Assembly (NCBI RefSeq): GCF_050320075.1
Contig: NZ_CP190018.1
Strand: one strand, 5' to 3'
Source: Escherichia coli
GTDB taxonomy: Bacteria > Pseudomonadota > Gammaproteobacteria > Enterobacterales > Enterobacteriaceae
Length of the DNA: 64,000 nt
A program made the position numbers and the translations under genes. This document shows, one piece after another, positions 21,182 through 31,996 of this stretch; the stretch's first letter is position 1; every line of letters starts with the position of its first letter. The notes beneath the pieces are model-generated. The model did not search any database, had not been told where the DNA came from, and saw only the letters and a program-made list of their open reading frames with translations.

Positions 21182-21763
21182 GCGGGGAGTTTATTCATGG
21201 GGGATGTCCTTGTCCGTTCCCAGAGCAGACAACAAAAAACAAATGAGATCAAGGTAATATCTCTTCACTTGCGGGCTCGAACAGCAGGCAATTGCCAATA
21301 TAATAATCTGGCACAAGGGTGAAAAACGCGCACCGCATAAACCGTTGTTATTTCTTACAGATTAGCCGGATGCCTTAATAGACATCCGCGCCTTTTCGGT
21401 TATGGCTCGGAAATCTACGAACATCTACACAGTTTACTGGAACGTTTTGGGCCACAGCGTTCGCAGCACCGTCCTGATATGCCGTTCTGGCGATTATAAG
21501 TCGACGGATTCTGGCAAATAGACGATGATGATATGCTTAATGATGTTCAAAGAAATTAGGCCATTATTATATTATTGCTTGCATTTTCTTTCATTCCTAA
21601 AAGCACCCGCCATTAATCCCAGGCGCATTATGCAAAGGAAAATGATTAGGTAAACAATAAGATTTATAATCAGGAAAGGCGACTCACAATAAAACGGAAA
21701 GTCGCCTTAACATTGGTAAAATATGCCCTTTACTACTCCTGTATCATGAACGGCTCATCACAT

Positions 21764-22900
21764 TTAAAGCTGACGTTGATCCAGACTACCATATATTGCC
21801 TTTATTTCATTTTTTACGCCTTCGCCACGGTACACCAAAGACGTATCGTATCGTTGATACTTATCTTCCCGTGCAGCACTGAACCAGTTAAAAGATCCGA
21901 CACACAGCAGTTCTTCATCCTCAATCACAATTTTGCTGTGGACACGATTAACCAATTTCGTAGCGATACCCATCTTATTGAGCTTTTCAACAGCATCATT
22001 CAGCAGATGTTGTTTCTCCTGACGCTTATCATCATCGACATGCGCTATATTGCAGTTTTTATCCGTCACCACGGTAATATCAATGCCCCGGGAACGGGCC
22101 AAAGCCATTGATGCCAGAAATCCCGTTTGCTCCACTTTTTGCCAAGATAACCAAGGGGAAATAATCGTTATTTTCTTTTGAGCTCCGGCAAGAGTCTTGT
22201 TCAAAAATCCATCATGCTGCTCCACACCATGCAGCGTTGAAATTTGTGTATGTGCGGAAATTAAATCCTGTCGTTTCTGAAACTCAAATTGCAACGCATT
22301 ATTATCTGAAGAAAAGAGATATTTTGCCAATAACCCTCGCGGCGAAAATGCGGGCTGCATCTCGATAAGGTCCATATCGCCAAATACCAGAAAACTATCT
22401 TTAGCGCGTGAGACAGCAACATTGAGGATACTGCTGTTGCTATCAAGAAACCTGCCATCTTCATGTTTTGAGTAGACAGGAGAAAAGAGAACAATCGCCC
22501 TTTCCGCCCCCTGCAAGGAGTGCACAGTCCCCACTGTCAGTGAACCCTGCTCGTCTTTGCCATTAATTTCCAGCTTACGCAATGACGTTTTGATAGCATT
22601 AACCTGCGCCGAAAATGGCGTCACAACACCAACAACTTTGTACAGTGGTTCCCCGTAATGGCGCTCTATATCATCCTTATGTGCCACCAGCCATGCTGCT
22701 ATTGTTTCAGCTTCAAGAGGGTTATAACGGCTCCCTCCATTTGGCTTCATGCCTCTACCATCAATTTGTAAATATCCCATTGCGGGGAAAATCGTCCCTT
22801 TTTCCATCCCTCTTTTAGGCTGCAACTTACCGTGATAGCAAAGTGAGTTACAGTAGCCGATGATGTTATTGAAACAGCGACGATGCTCATACAGATACAT
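21764..22900 (-). pseudogene. yjhR: yjhR-like remnant: C-terminal half of an SF1 helicase fused to a PLD/HKD nuclease-like domain
   Basis: 378-aa ORF with helicase C-terminal motifs ([22 protein letters not shown]) and an HKD-like motif ([10 protein letters not shown]...GSFNW); no helicase N-terminal ATPase region upstream. Confidence 0.6.
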
Positions 22901-23067
22901 TCCGCGCTCGAACTTGGGATCATACTGGTAGTGAGAGTTGAACTGGGCTACCTACATTACGCTGCCAGATGCTGCACTTTTTCCAGACCCATTTATTATC
23001 GAATACGGTGACCGCCTGAGCGGCCACCTTTAATCGTGGGCAGTTACACAGAATTATTTACAGGGCC

Positions 23068-23367
23068 TTGCTGGGAGTTCTTACACTTGCTCGCGATATT
23101 CAATTGGCCATTGTCAACAAGATGACGCAGGTTTTGATTGGTGATATCTATTTACGTCAGCAATGCGATGTGTTTTGGCTCGGCTATACCATCAGTCCCG
23201 CTTATACTCGCCAGGGATATGCAATTGAAGCAATTACCGCCACGATTGACTGGATAAAAGAGAACGGTTTTTCACTCACCAAAGCCGGTGTGAATCCGGA
23301 AAATACCCTTTCAAAAAAATTACTTATCAGGATTGGCTTCAATTTTTCGAGCATCGAAGATGAGTGA
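23068..23367 (+). pseudogene. GNAT-family acetyltransferase C-terminal fragment
   Basis: 99-aa ORF with only the C-terminal GNAT region (QGYAIEAITATIDWI); N-terminal half missing. Confidence 0.45.
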
Positions 23368-23743
23368 GCATATTTATGTTCTGGATTAAACAAAAGGAGA
23401 ATAATCTCCCGAAGGGAAAAGCCGATGAGGCCATTTCAGGCGTACTTCAACATGCATTCGTCAGTGTCATCTGCCTTTTCCAGTAAATGGGTTGGCATTC
23501 AATTTCCAAAGTACATCACACTTTTTCTACTGAAACATATCCCTCCTATAACTACGTGTTAATATTCGCTCCGTAAATACCTTTCAACTCAACCCGAAGC
23601 TTTGATGCTGGAGAATGTAATCATCCGATAATCAGTTCCCCGACCTTTTCAGGCCGGACTGATTATCAATGCGCCGAAATCGAATGCGGACACCGCGGTG
23701 TGTTTGCACGTTTTGCACATGATGATTAAATAGGTTCTTCAGT

Positions 23744-24001
23744 ATGAATTTATCCCGTCAGGAACAACATACCTTACACGTTCTCGCTAAAGGTAGACGT
23801 ATTGCGCACGTCCGCGATTCTTCAGGCCGCGTCACTTCCGTTGAATGCTACAGCCGCGAAGGGCTGTTGCTGACCGACTGCACGCTCGCCGTCTTCAAAA
23901 AACTCAAAACCAAAAAACTTATCAAGCCCGTCAATGGCCAGCCCTATCGAATCAACACCACCGAGCTGAATAAAGTTCGCGCTCAGCTCGATAATCGCTA
24001 A
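23744..24001 (+). CDS. topAI: TopAI/YjhX topoisomerase I inhibitor toxin (UPF0386)
   Basis: 85 aa, matches YjhX from memory; directly upstream of yjhQ. Confidence 0.8.
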   Translation: MNLSRQEQHTLHVLAKGRRIAHVRDSSGRVTSVECYSREGLLLTDCTLAVFKKLKTKKLIKPVNGQPYRINTTELNKVRAQLDNR

Positions 24002-24012
24002 GGAGAGTTTCT

Positions 24013-24564
24013 ATGACAGTACACCACTTCACTTTTCATATCACAGATGAAAGTGATGCCAGTGATATCCGGGAAGTCGAAACCCGCGCATTTGGCTTCA
24101 GCAAAGAAGCCGATTTAACGGCCTCTTTACTTGAGGATGAAAGCGCGCGCCCTGCGTTATCGCTGCTGGCCCGACATGAAGGCAAAGCCGTCGGGCATAT
24201 TTTATTTACCCGGGCAACCTTCAAAGGGGAAATGGATTCACCGCTGATGCATATCCTCGCTCCCCTGGCAGTCATACCGGAATACCAGGGGATGGGCGTG
24301 GGAGGACGGTTGATACGCACTGGCATCGAGCACCTGAGGTTGATGGGCTGCCAGACGGTTTTTGTTCTCGGCCACGCCACCTATTACCCCCGACATGGGT
24401 TCGAACCCTGTGCCGGAGACAAAGGCTATCCGGCACCTTATCCCATCCCGGAGGAGCACAAAGCCTGCTGGATGATGCAAGCACTCACCGCTCAGCCCAT
24501 GAACGTGACCGGCCACATCCAGTGCGCGCAGGCCCTGATGAAACCGGAGCACTGGCGTGAATAA
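24013..24564 (+). CDS. yjhQ: YjhQ GNAT-family acetyltransferase, antitoxin partner of TopAI
   Basis: 183-aa ORF; 12-bp gap from topAI. Confidence 0.8.
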   Translation: MTVHHFTFHITDESDASDIREVETRAFGFSKEADLTASLLEDESARPALSLLARHEGKAVGHILFTRATFKGEMDSPLMHILAPLAVIPEYQGMGVGGRLIRTGIEHLRLMGCQTVFVLGHATYYPRHGFEPCAGDKGYPAPYPIPEEHKACWMMQALTAQPMNVTGHIQCAQALMKPEHWRE

Positions 24565-24615
24565 CAATCTTGTTGTGCCCTTTTTAATGCTTAACCCAAT
24601 AACAGGAATTAACTA

Positions 24616-25362
24616 ATGGATATTCCACGTATTTTTACCATCAGTGAAAGCGAACACCGCATCCACAACCCGTTCACCGAAGAGAAGTACGCCACGCTGG
24701 GTCGCGTGCTGCGCATGAAACCAGAGACCCGAATTCTGGACCTCGGCAGCGGCTCGGGCGAGATGCTCTGCACCTGGGCCCGGGATCATGGCATTACGGG
24801 GACTGGAATCGACATGAGTTCGCTCTTCACCGCGCAGGCCAGACGCCGCGCGGAAGAACTCGGCGTCAGCGAACGCGTACATTTTATTCATAATGATTCG
24901 GCGGGTTACGTCGCCAATGAAAAATGTGACGTAGCAGCCTGCGTTGGCGCGACCTGGATTGCCGGAGGCTTTGCCGGGACAGTCGAACTGCTGGCGCAGA
25001 GCCTTAAACCGGGCGGGATCATGCTCATCGGTGAACCTTACTGGCGTCAGCTTCCGGCAACGGACGAGATAGCCCAGGCCTGTGGCGTCAGCTCGACGAC
25101 CGATTTTCTGACGCTACCAGGGCTTGTCAGCGCGTTTGACGACCTCGGCTACGACGTGGTAGAAATGGTACTGGCGGACCAGGAAGGCTGGGACCGATAT
25201 GAGGCCGCGAAATGGCTGACCATGCGCCGCTGGCTGGAGGCCAATCCTGACGATGACTTCGCCGCCGAAGTCAGGGCCGAGCTAAACATCTCGCCGAAAC
25301 GCCACGTAACGTACGCGCGGGAATACTTTGGCTGGGGCGTGTTCGCACTCATCGCTAGGTAA
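24616..25362 (+). CDS. yjhP: SAM-dependent methyltransferase YjhP
   Basis: 248 aa; motif I LDLGSGSG. Confidence 0.8.
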   Translation: MDIPRIFTISESEHRIHNPFTEEKYATLGRVLRMKPETRILDLGSGSGEMLCTWARDHGITGTGIDMSSLFTAQARRRAEELGVSERVHFIHNDSAGYVANEKCDVAACVGATWIAGGFAGTVELLAQSLKPGGIMLIGEPYWRQLPATDEIAQACGVSSTTDFLTLPGLVSAFDDLGYDVVEMVLADQEGWDRYEAAKWLTMRRWLEANPDDDFAAEVRAELNISPKRHVTYAREYFGWGVFALIAR

Positions 25363-25489
25363 CAACAGGTTCCCGGTATTTCTGACCGGAGATACCGGGG
25401 GCTTAGCCTTTGCTTTAATCTGATGCATCACCTGCACAATACATATTCAGTATGTTTATTAATCAAGATGTCACCATAAGGAGCATCAT

Positions 25490-25750
25490 ATGTCACAACA
25501 TGAACAGTTCTGTCAGGCTTGCGGAATGCCGATGTCGGCACCAGATGCACACAGTGCCAGTGATCAATATTGTGCGTACTGCAGCGACAGCAACGGCAAT
25601 CTCAAACCCTGGGAAGAAGCGGTATCAGGTTTAGCCAGCTTCCTTGATTCCTGGCAAAAAGTCGGCCCGGAGGAAGCACATAAGCGTGCAAAACGTTATC
25701 TGACGGCAATGCCCGCCTGGGCTCATAAAGCGGAGAGTGATTTGAGCTGA
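25490..25750 (+). CDS. Small zinc-ribbon domain protein
   Basis: 86 aa with CQACGMP...CAYCSD paired CxxC motifs. Confidence 0.5.
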   Translation: MSQHEQFCQACGMPMSAPDAHSASDQYCAYCSDSNGNLKPWEEAVSGLASFLDSWQKVGPEEAHKRAKRYLTAMPAWAHKAESDLS

Positions 25751-26148
25751 TTATCTATACTCCCTCTGAATCTATTCAGGAGATCCGATGTTTTCTTACA
25801 TTATGCTGGGAACCAACGACCTGCCACGCGCCATTACATTCTAAGATCCGCTGATGGAGATGCTGGGGTATCCACGTGCAGGACGTAATGAAGAGGGAGC
25901 GTCCTGCAACAAAGTGGTGCGATAACAGTTACCGCGTTTTATTCATTCTCATTATTTCAACCATAATCACTGGTCTCTCTAGCCCGTAACTTTCACAAAC
26001 GTTGAGCGCTTTTATTCCACTCGGCTCACATAATTTTTTATTTGTTCAGCTTTGCGCGTTTTCACGTGAACGTTCTCACAATTATTCGACCAGTCTGCGC
26101 CTATAAAACGCTCAACGAGTGATTGTTTTACGGTCTACGGAGATAGCT

Positions 26149-27270
26149 ATGTCATTTTCTGTGCAGGAAACCCTGTTCTCGCTTTTGCAGCACAATGCGA
26201 TTTCAGGACACGAAAACGCTGTCGCTGACGTCATGCTGTGCGAATTCAGGCGTCAGGCAAAAGAGGTCTGGCGAGACAGGCTTGGGAATGTCGTCGCGCG
26301 CTACGGTAGTGATAAACCCGATGCGCTGCGACTGATGATTTTTGCGCATATGGATGAAGTCGGTTTTATGGTGCGCAAAATAGAGCCTTCTGGATTTTTA
26401 CGCTTTGAACGCGTAGGCGGTCCTGCGCAGGTCACTATGGCTGGATCCATCGTCACCCTCACCGGGGACAAAGGGCCAGTCATGGGGTGTATCGGCATTA
26501 AGTCCTACCACTTTGCCAAAGGCGACGAGCGCACGCAGTCACCTTCTGTCGACAAACTGTGGATTGATATTGGTGCCAAAGACAAAGACGACGCTATACG
26601 AATGGGCATTCAGGTCGGTACGCCTGTCACTCTGTATAACCCGCCGCAACTCCTGGCAAACGATCTGGTGTGCAGTAAAGCACTAGACGATCGTCTGGGC
26701 TGTACTGCCCTGCTCGGTGTAGCGGATGCTATCAGTACTACGGAGCTTGATATCGCCGTTTATCTGGTGGCTTCGGTACAGGAAGAATTTAATATCCGCG
26801 GCATTGTTCCCGTATTACGCCGTGTAAAACCTGACCTGGCGATTGGTATTGATATCACTCCATCGTGTGACACCCCTGATTTACACGATTATTCCGAGGT
26901 CAGGATTAATCAGGGCGTTGGGATCACCTGCCTGAACTACCATGGTCGGGGAACGCTGGCCGGATTAATCACGCCTCCTCGCCTGATACGGATGTTGGAA
27001 CAGACGGCTCTTGAACACAACATTCCGGTGCAGCGAGAAGTGGCTCCCGGCGTGATAACAGAAACCGGTTATATCCAGGTTGAGCAGGATGGTATTCCCT
27101 GCGCCAGTCTCTCTATTCCTTGTCGCTATACCCATTCTCCGGCGGAGGTTGCCAGCCTGCGTGATTTGACTGATTGCATCCGCCTATTGACCGCTCTGGC
27201 AGGTATGTCAGCAGCACATTTCCCCGTTGAGCCTGATTCAGGCACTACACAAGAGGCACATCCATTATGA
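26149..27270 (+). CDS. sgcX: SgcX, M42-family peptidase/endoglucanase-like protein
   Basis: ORF trimmed to MSFSVQETLF giving 373 aa; first gene of the sgc operon. Confidence 0.85.
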   Translation: MSFSVQETLFSLLQHNAISGHENAVADVMLCEFRRQAKEVWRDRLGNVVARYGSDKPDALRLMIFAHMDEVGFMVRKIEPSGFLRFERVGGPAQVTMAGSIVTLTGDKGPVMGCIGIKSYHFAKGDERTQSPSVDKLWIDIGAKDKDDAIRMGIQVGTPVTLYNPPQLLANDLVCSKALDDRLGCTALLGVADAISTTELDIAVYLVASVQEEFNIRGIVPVLRRVKPDLAIGIDITPSCDTPDLHDYSEVRINQGVGITCLNYHGRGTLAGLITPPRLIRMLEQTALEHNIPVQREVAPGVITETGYIQVEQDGIPCASLSIPCRYTHSPAEVASLRDLTDCIRLLTALAGMSAAHFPVEPDSGTTQEAHPL

Positions 27271-27545
27271 AAAAGATCCTTGTGGCATGCGGTACCGGCA
27301 TGTCGACTTCAACCATGATTGCACACAAGCTGCAAGAGTTCCTGACTGAACAGGGCATTTCAGCCACTACCGCCCAATGCTGTCTGAATGAGATCCCTCT
27401 TAACTGTAACGGTATGGACCTTATTGTAACCTCCATGCGAACCAACAGTGATTACGGCATCCCTACGCTTAATGGCGCCGCCCTGCTCACAGGGATCAAC
27501 GACGACGCGTTAAAACAACAAATCAAGGCTCTGTTAACTCAATAA
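27267..27545 (+). CDS. sgcB: PTS EIIB component (galactitol-type) SgcB
   Basis: 92 aa; N-terminal MKKILVACGTGMSTS phosphorylation-site motif. Confidence 0.85.
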   Translation: MKKILVACGTGMSTSTMIAHKLQEFLTEQGISATTAQCCLNEIPLNCNGMDLIVTSMRTNSDYGIPTLNGAALLTGINDDALKQQIKALLTQ

Positions 27546-27556
27546 AAGGAGGCATT

Positions 27557-28870
27557 ATGTTTGATTACATCCTGTCTCTCGGCGGTACCGTTTTCGTCCC
27601 TATCATCATGATCGTGATTGGCCTTATCTTCCGCATCCCCTGGCTGCAGGCGATTAAGGCAGGGGTAACGGTTGGGATTGGTTTTGTCGGTATGGGACTG
27701 GTGATCGTCATGGCGATCGACAGCCTCAGTCCCCCTATCAAAGTGATGATTGAGCGTTTCGGCCTGGCCCTGCATGTCTTTGACGTTGGCGCAGGCCCTG
27801 CCTCCGGCGTTGGTTATGCGACAGCCATTGGCGCCATGATTATCCCAGTTATTTTTCTTCTCAATGTCGCCATGCTGGTCACCCGTCTGACCAAAACGAT
27901 GAACGTCGATATTTACAATTACTGGCACTACGCCATTACGGGTACGGTGGTCCAGCTTATGACCGGTAGCCTGATTTATGGTGTGCTGGGGGCAATCTGC
28001 CATGCGGCGCTATCGTTAAAAATGGCCGACTGGACGGCAAAACGGGTACAGAACATCGTCGGGCTGGAAGGTATTTCGATACCGCAAGGCTACGGTTCCA
28101 GTTCAGTACCGCTTTTCGTTCTACTTGATGCTATCTATGAAAAAATCCCTTTCATGAAGGGACGCAATATCGATGCTCAGGAGATCCAGAAACGCTACGG
28201 CATGGTCGGCGATCCGGTGATTATCGGCGTAGTGCTCGGTCTGATTTTTGGCCTGGCGGCTGGTGAAGGCTTTAAAGGTTGCGCCAGTCTGATGATTACC
28301 GTTGCGGCAATCATGGTGCTGTTCCCGCGCATGATCCGCCTGATTGTTGAGGGCCTGATGCCCATCTCCGACGGTGCAAGAAAGTTCTTCCAGAAATATT
28401 TCAAAGGACGTGAAGTGTATATCGGTCTGGATACTGCTGTGACGCTGGGGCATCCAACCACCATTGCTGTCGGTCTGCTACTGATACCCATTATGTTAAT
28501 TCTGGCCAGCATTTTACCGGGCAACAAAGTGTTACCCCTCGCAGACCTGCCGGTAGCACCGTTCTTTATCTGTATGGCTACGGTTATCCACCGCGGAGAC
28601 CTGGTCAGGACGTTGATAAGCGGGGTCATCGTGATGATTACCGTCCTGCTGATCGCCACCCAGTTCGCGCCTTACTTCACTGAAATGGCGCTCAAAGGCG
28701 GTTTCAGTTTTGCCGGTGAAAGTGCGCAAATCTCAGCGTTGTCCGTGGGCAATATGTTCGGTTGGTCGATTTCTGAATTGATGTCGCTTGGGATTATTGG
28801 CGTTGTCGTGGCGGTCGGTATTGTCGCCAGCGTCGTGCTGTTCTTACGTAAACGTGAATTATCGGAATAA
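27557..28870 (+). CDS. sgcC: PTS EIIC component (galactitol-type) SgcC
   Basis: 437-aa polytopic membrane protein. Confidence 0.85.
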   Translation: MFDYILSLGGTVFVPIIMIVIGLIFRIPWLQAIKAGVTVGIGFVGMGLVIVMAIDSLSPPIKVMIERFGLALHVFDVGAGPASGVGYATAIGAMIIPVIFLLNVAMLVTRLTKTMNVDIYNYWHYAITGTVVQLMTGSLIYGVLGAICHAALSLKMADWTAKRVQNIVGLEGISIPQGYGSSSVPLFVLLDAIYEKIPFMKGRNIDAQEIQKRYGMVGDPVIIGVVLGLIFGLAAGEGFKGCASLMITVAAIMVLFPRMIRLIVEGLMPISDGARKFFQKYFKGREVYIGLDTAVTLGHPTTIAVGLLLIPIMLILASILPGNKVLPLADLPVAPFFICMATVIHRGDLVRTLISGVIVMITVLLIATQFAPYFTEMALKGGFSFAGESAQISALSVGNMFGWSISELMSLGIIGVVVAVGIVASVVLFLRKRELSE

Positions 28871-28882
28871 GGAGTACTTTCA

Positions 28883-29689
28883 ATGAGTTGGCTGAAAGAG
28901 GTTATTGGGACGGAAAAAGCGGTCATCGCCATGTGCCATCTACGTGCATTGCCCGGCGACCCGAGTTTTGATGCGCAGTTGGGGATGAACTGGGTTATCG
29001 ACAAAGCCTGGGACGATCTGATGGCGCTCCAAAATGGTGGGGTGGATGCAGTCATGTTCTCCAACGAGTTTAGTCTTCCCTATCTCACGAAGGTGCGTCC
29101 GGAAACCACTGCGGCAATGGCACGAATCATCGGGCAATTAATGAGCGATATCCGCATCCCGTTTGGCGTGAATGTTCTGTGGGATCCGGTCGCCTCATTC
29201 GACCTGGCGATGGCTACCGGCGCTAAGTTTATCCGCGAGATATTTACCGGTGCCTATGCCAGCGACTTTGGCGTCTGGGACACTAACGTCGGTGAGACCA
29301 TCCGTCATCAACACCGGATTGGTGCAGGCGAAGTGAAAACCTTGTTCAATATCGTCCCAGAGGCCGCCGTGTATCTGGGCAATCGCGATATCTGTTCTAT
29401 TGCTAAATCGACAGTATTTAACAACCATCCTGATGCGCTCTGTGTTTCTGGCCTGACCGCCGGGACGCGTACAGACAGCGCGCTGTTAAAACGGGTCAAA
29501 GAAACGGTGCCTGACACCGTCGTGTTGGCCAACACGGGCGTCTGCCTGGAAAACGTGGAGGAACAACTCAGTATCGCCGATGGCTGTGTGACCGCAACCA
29601 CCTTTAAAAAGGACGGCGTTTTTGCCAATTTCGTTGACCAGGCGCGAGTCAGTCAGTTTATGGAGAAAGTGCATCATATACGCCGATAA
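28883..29689 (+). CDS. sgcQ: SgcQ, BtpA-family TIM-barrel protein
   Basis: 268 aa; position in the sgc operon. Confidence 0.8.
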   Translation: MSWLKEVIGTEKAVIAMCHLRALPGDPSFDAQLGMNWVIDKAWDDLMALQNGGVDAVMFSNEFSLPYLTKVRPETTAAMARIIGQLMSDIRIPFGVNVLWDPVASFDLAMATGAKFIREIFTGAYASDFGVWDTNVGETIRHQHRIGAGEVKTLFNIVPEAAVYLGNRDICSIAKSTVFNNHPDALCVSGLTAGTRTDSALLKRVKETVPDTVVLANTGVCLENVEEQLSIADGCVTATTFKKDGVFANFVDQARVSQFMEKVHHIRR

Positions 29690-29819
29690 GATAGGGATAA
29701 GCAGAGCGCTTATCCCCGGCAAAGAGCAATAACCCTTCTGCGATCCCTGCCGCCTTCGTCAAAAGTATCGACGGGGATCGCTACCAGATTAACCCGAATC
29801 GGCATGGAGTCAACGACGG

Positions 29820-30251
29820 ATGATTAACGATATTAAATGGGTACAGGCACAACGTGAAGCCACCGACTGGCGTCAGGCCGTGGAAATCGCCACCCGCCCG
29901 CTGGTAGCCTATGGTGCCGCGCAGCCATGCTACGTTAATGGGATCATCGAAAATACCCTTAACTGGGGGCCTTATTATCTGATAGCCCCAGGAATCGCCT
30001 TGCCTCACGCCCGACCAGAGCAAGGCGCAAACTATAATCAGGTCAGTATCACCACGCTACGCACCCCGGTCGCCTTTGGTAACGAGGAGTGCGACCCCGT
30101 CTGGCTGCTTCTCTGCGTCAGCGCCACAGATGCCAACGCACATATTTTGACCATTCAGCGCATCAGCCAGTTTATTGATTCGCCACAACGCTTAGCGGCA
30201 GTGGGAAATGCCAGCACAGACGATGCACTGTTTGCGCTGGTATCAGGTTAA
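29820..30251 (+). CDS. sgcA: PTS EIIA component SgcA
   Basis: 143 aa; EIIA fold with conserved His region. Confidence 0.8.
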   Translation: MINDIKWVQAQREATDWRQAVEIATRPLVAYGAAQPCYVNGIIENTLNWGPYYLIAPGIALPHARPEQGANYNQVSITTLRTPVAFGNEECDPVWLLLCVSATDANAHILTIQRISQFIDSPQRLAAVGNASTDDALFALVSG

Positions 30252-30262
30252 CGGAGGCGCTT

Positions 30263-30895
30263 ATGATCCTGCACCCTTCTCTCGCCAGCGCAAATCCTCT
30301 GCACTATGGTCGTGAGCTGACGGCATTGGACAATCTGGATTTTGGGAGCCTGCATCTGGATATTGAGGACAGCAGCTTCATTAACAACATTACGTTTGGG
30401 ATGAAAACGGTGCAGGCCGTCGCCAGACAGACGCCTCATCCCTTGTCCTTTCATTTCATGGTTGCCCGGCCACAGCGCTGGTTTAACGCGCTGGCTGAAA
30501 TCAGACCCGCGTGGATCTTCGTTCATGCAGAAACGCTGGACTATCCTTCGGAAACGTTAACTGAGATCCGCCATACCGGCGCACGAGCCGGACTGGTATT
30601 TAATCCGGCAACCCCGATCGACGCCTGGCGATATCTGGCGTCTGAGCTGGACGGAGTGATGGTGATGACCAGTGAGCCCGATGGGCAGGGACAGCGGTTT
30701 ATTCCCTCCATGTGCGAGAAAATCCAAAAAGTACGCACGGCTTTTCCTCAGACCGAGTGCTGGGCCGACGGTGGAATTACGCTGGCAGCTGCACAGCAAC
30801 TGGCAGCAGCCGGGGCGCAACATATGGTGATTGGGCGCGCCCTGTTCTCTTCATCTGACTATCGCGCGACCTTAGCTCAATTCGCCACCCTGTAA
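30263..30895 (+). CDS. sgcE: Ribulose-phosphate 3-epimerase homologue SgcE
   Basis: 210 aa; RPE family. Confidence 0.85.
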   Translation: MILHPSLASANPLHYGRELTALDNLDFGSLHLDIEDSSFINNITFGMKTVQAVARQTPHPLSFHFMVARPQRWFNALAEIRPAWIFVHAETLDYPSETLTEIRHTGARAGLVFNPATPIDAWRYLASELDGVMVMTSEPDGQGQRFIPSMCEKIQKVRTAFPQTECWADGGITLAAAQQLAAAGAQHMVIGRALFSSSDYRATLAQFATL

Positions 30896-30911
30896 GAGGA
30901 GATTGTTTCTG

Positions 30912-31694
30912 ATGAGCCAACAGAGACCTGACCGTATCAAACAGATGCTGCACTACCTGTGGCAACATCGTCACCTCTCCACACAGCAGGCCATGGAGCT
31001 TTTTGGCTATGCGGAAGCGACTGTCCGTCGTGATTTCCAGTATATTGCCAACCAGTATCCAGGCATGATCCGCGGTCACGGTTGCCTGGACTTCGACGAC
31101 AGTACAGACGACAAAGAGTACGTCTTCGACGTGAAACGTACATTGCAATCTGTGGCGAAAAGAGAAATAGCTGCCCTTGCCCGAACAATGATCAAAGATG
31201 GCGACTGCTTTTTTCTCGACTCCGGCTCAACCTGCCTCGAACTGGCGAAATGCCTGGCCGATGCGCGGGTAAAGGTCATCTGCAACGACATTAAAATCGC
31301 CAATGAACTGGGCTGTTTTCCCCATGTGGAAAGTTACATTATCGGAGGACTGATTCGCCCAGGTTATTTTTCGGTAGGAGAGAGTCTGGCGCTGGAGATG
31401 ATCAATGCCTTTTCCGTAGAACGTGCGTTTATCTCCTGCGATGCGCTGTCGCTGGAGACGGGGATCACCAATGCCACCATGTTTGAGGTCGGGGTGAAAA
31501 CACGGATTATTCAACGCTCGCGTGAAGTTATTCTCATGGCCGATCACTCAAAATTTGATGCCGTTGAGCCGCATGCTGTAGCAACACTATCATGTATTAA
31601 AACGATCATCAGTGACAGCGGGTTACCTGAGACTATTGCACAGCGTTATCAGCGAGCCGGATGTCAGTTGTTTTTACCTCATTCAATAAAGTGA
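30912..31694 (+). CDS. sgcR: DeoR-family transcriptional regulator SgcR
   Basis: ORF 30903-31694 trimmed to MSQQRPDRIKQ giving 260 aa. Confidence 0.8.
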   Translation: MSQQRPDRIKQMLHYLWQHRHLSTQQAMELFGYAEATVRRDFQYIANQYPGMIRGHGCLDFDDSTDDKEYVFDVKRTLQSVAKREIAALARTMIKDGDCFFLDSGSTCLELAKCLADARVKVICNDIKIANELGCFPHVESYIIGGLIRPGYFSVGESLALEMINAFSVERAFISCDALSLETGITNATMFEVGVKTRIIQRSREVILMADHSKFDAVEPHAVATLSCIKTIISDSGLPETIAQRYQRAGCQLFLPHSIK

Positions 31695-31996
31695 TAAGTA
31701 AGTTCGTTCGAGAGGGATTTCAAGCAAAAATAATCAATGGCACCCAATAGAAAATATTGGCGATGCGCTCGAACGAATAAAGAAGCCCTATGCGCAATCC
31801 ACACGCTACGATGTTGCAACAACACGCCATCTACTTTTTATTCTCATTCACTAAATGTGGTTGTTCTGGATTCATTATTCAAAGTGTGTACAAGATCACA
31901 TTTAATCACTTCATTACAGTTCAGCATGCTGAACAAAGCATATTTTCCACTATGTAATGCCGATACCATTTATTCCATGAGCAAGAAGGAGCCATT

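Noticed and set aside
21672..21710. Possible terminator hairpin downstream of the yjhR-like gene
   Set aside because: Stem aaggcgact/agtcgcctt is present but there is no convincing T tract on either strand; too weak to call.
25788..25841. 17-aa ORF resembling the N-terminus of a glyoxalase/VOC-family protein
   Set aside because: Too short to support; at most a gene remnant.
27539..28659. Several 100-150-aa ORFs on the minus strand
   Set aside because: All antisense within sgcC, a conserved PTS EIIC gene; treated as shadow ORFs.
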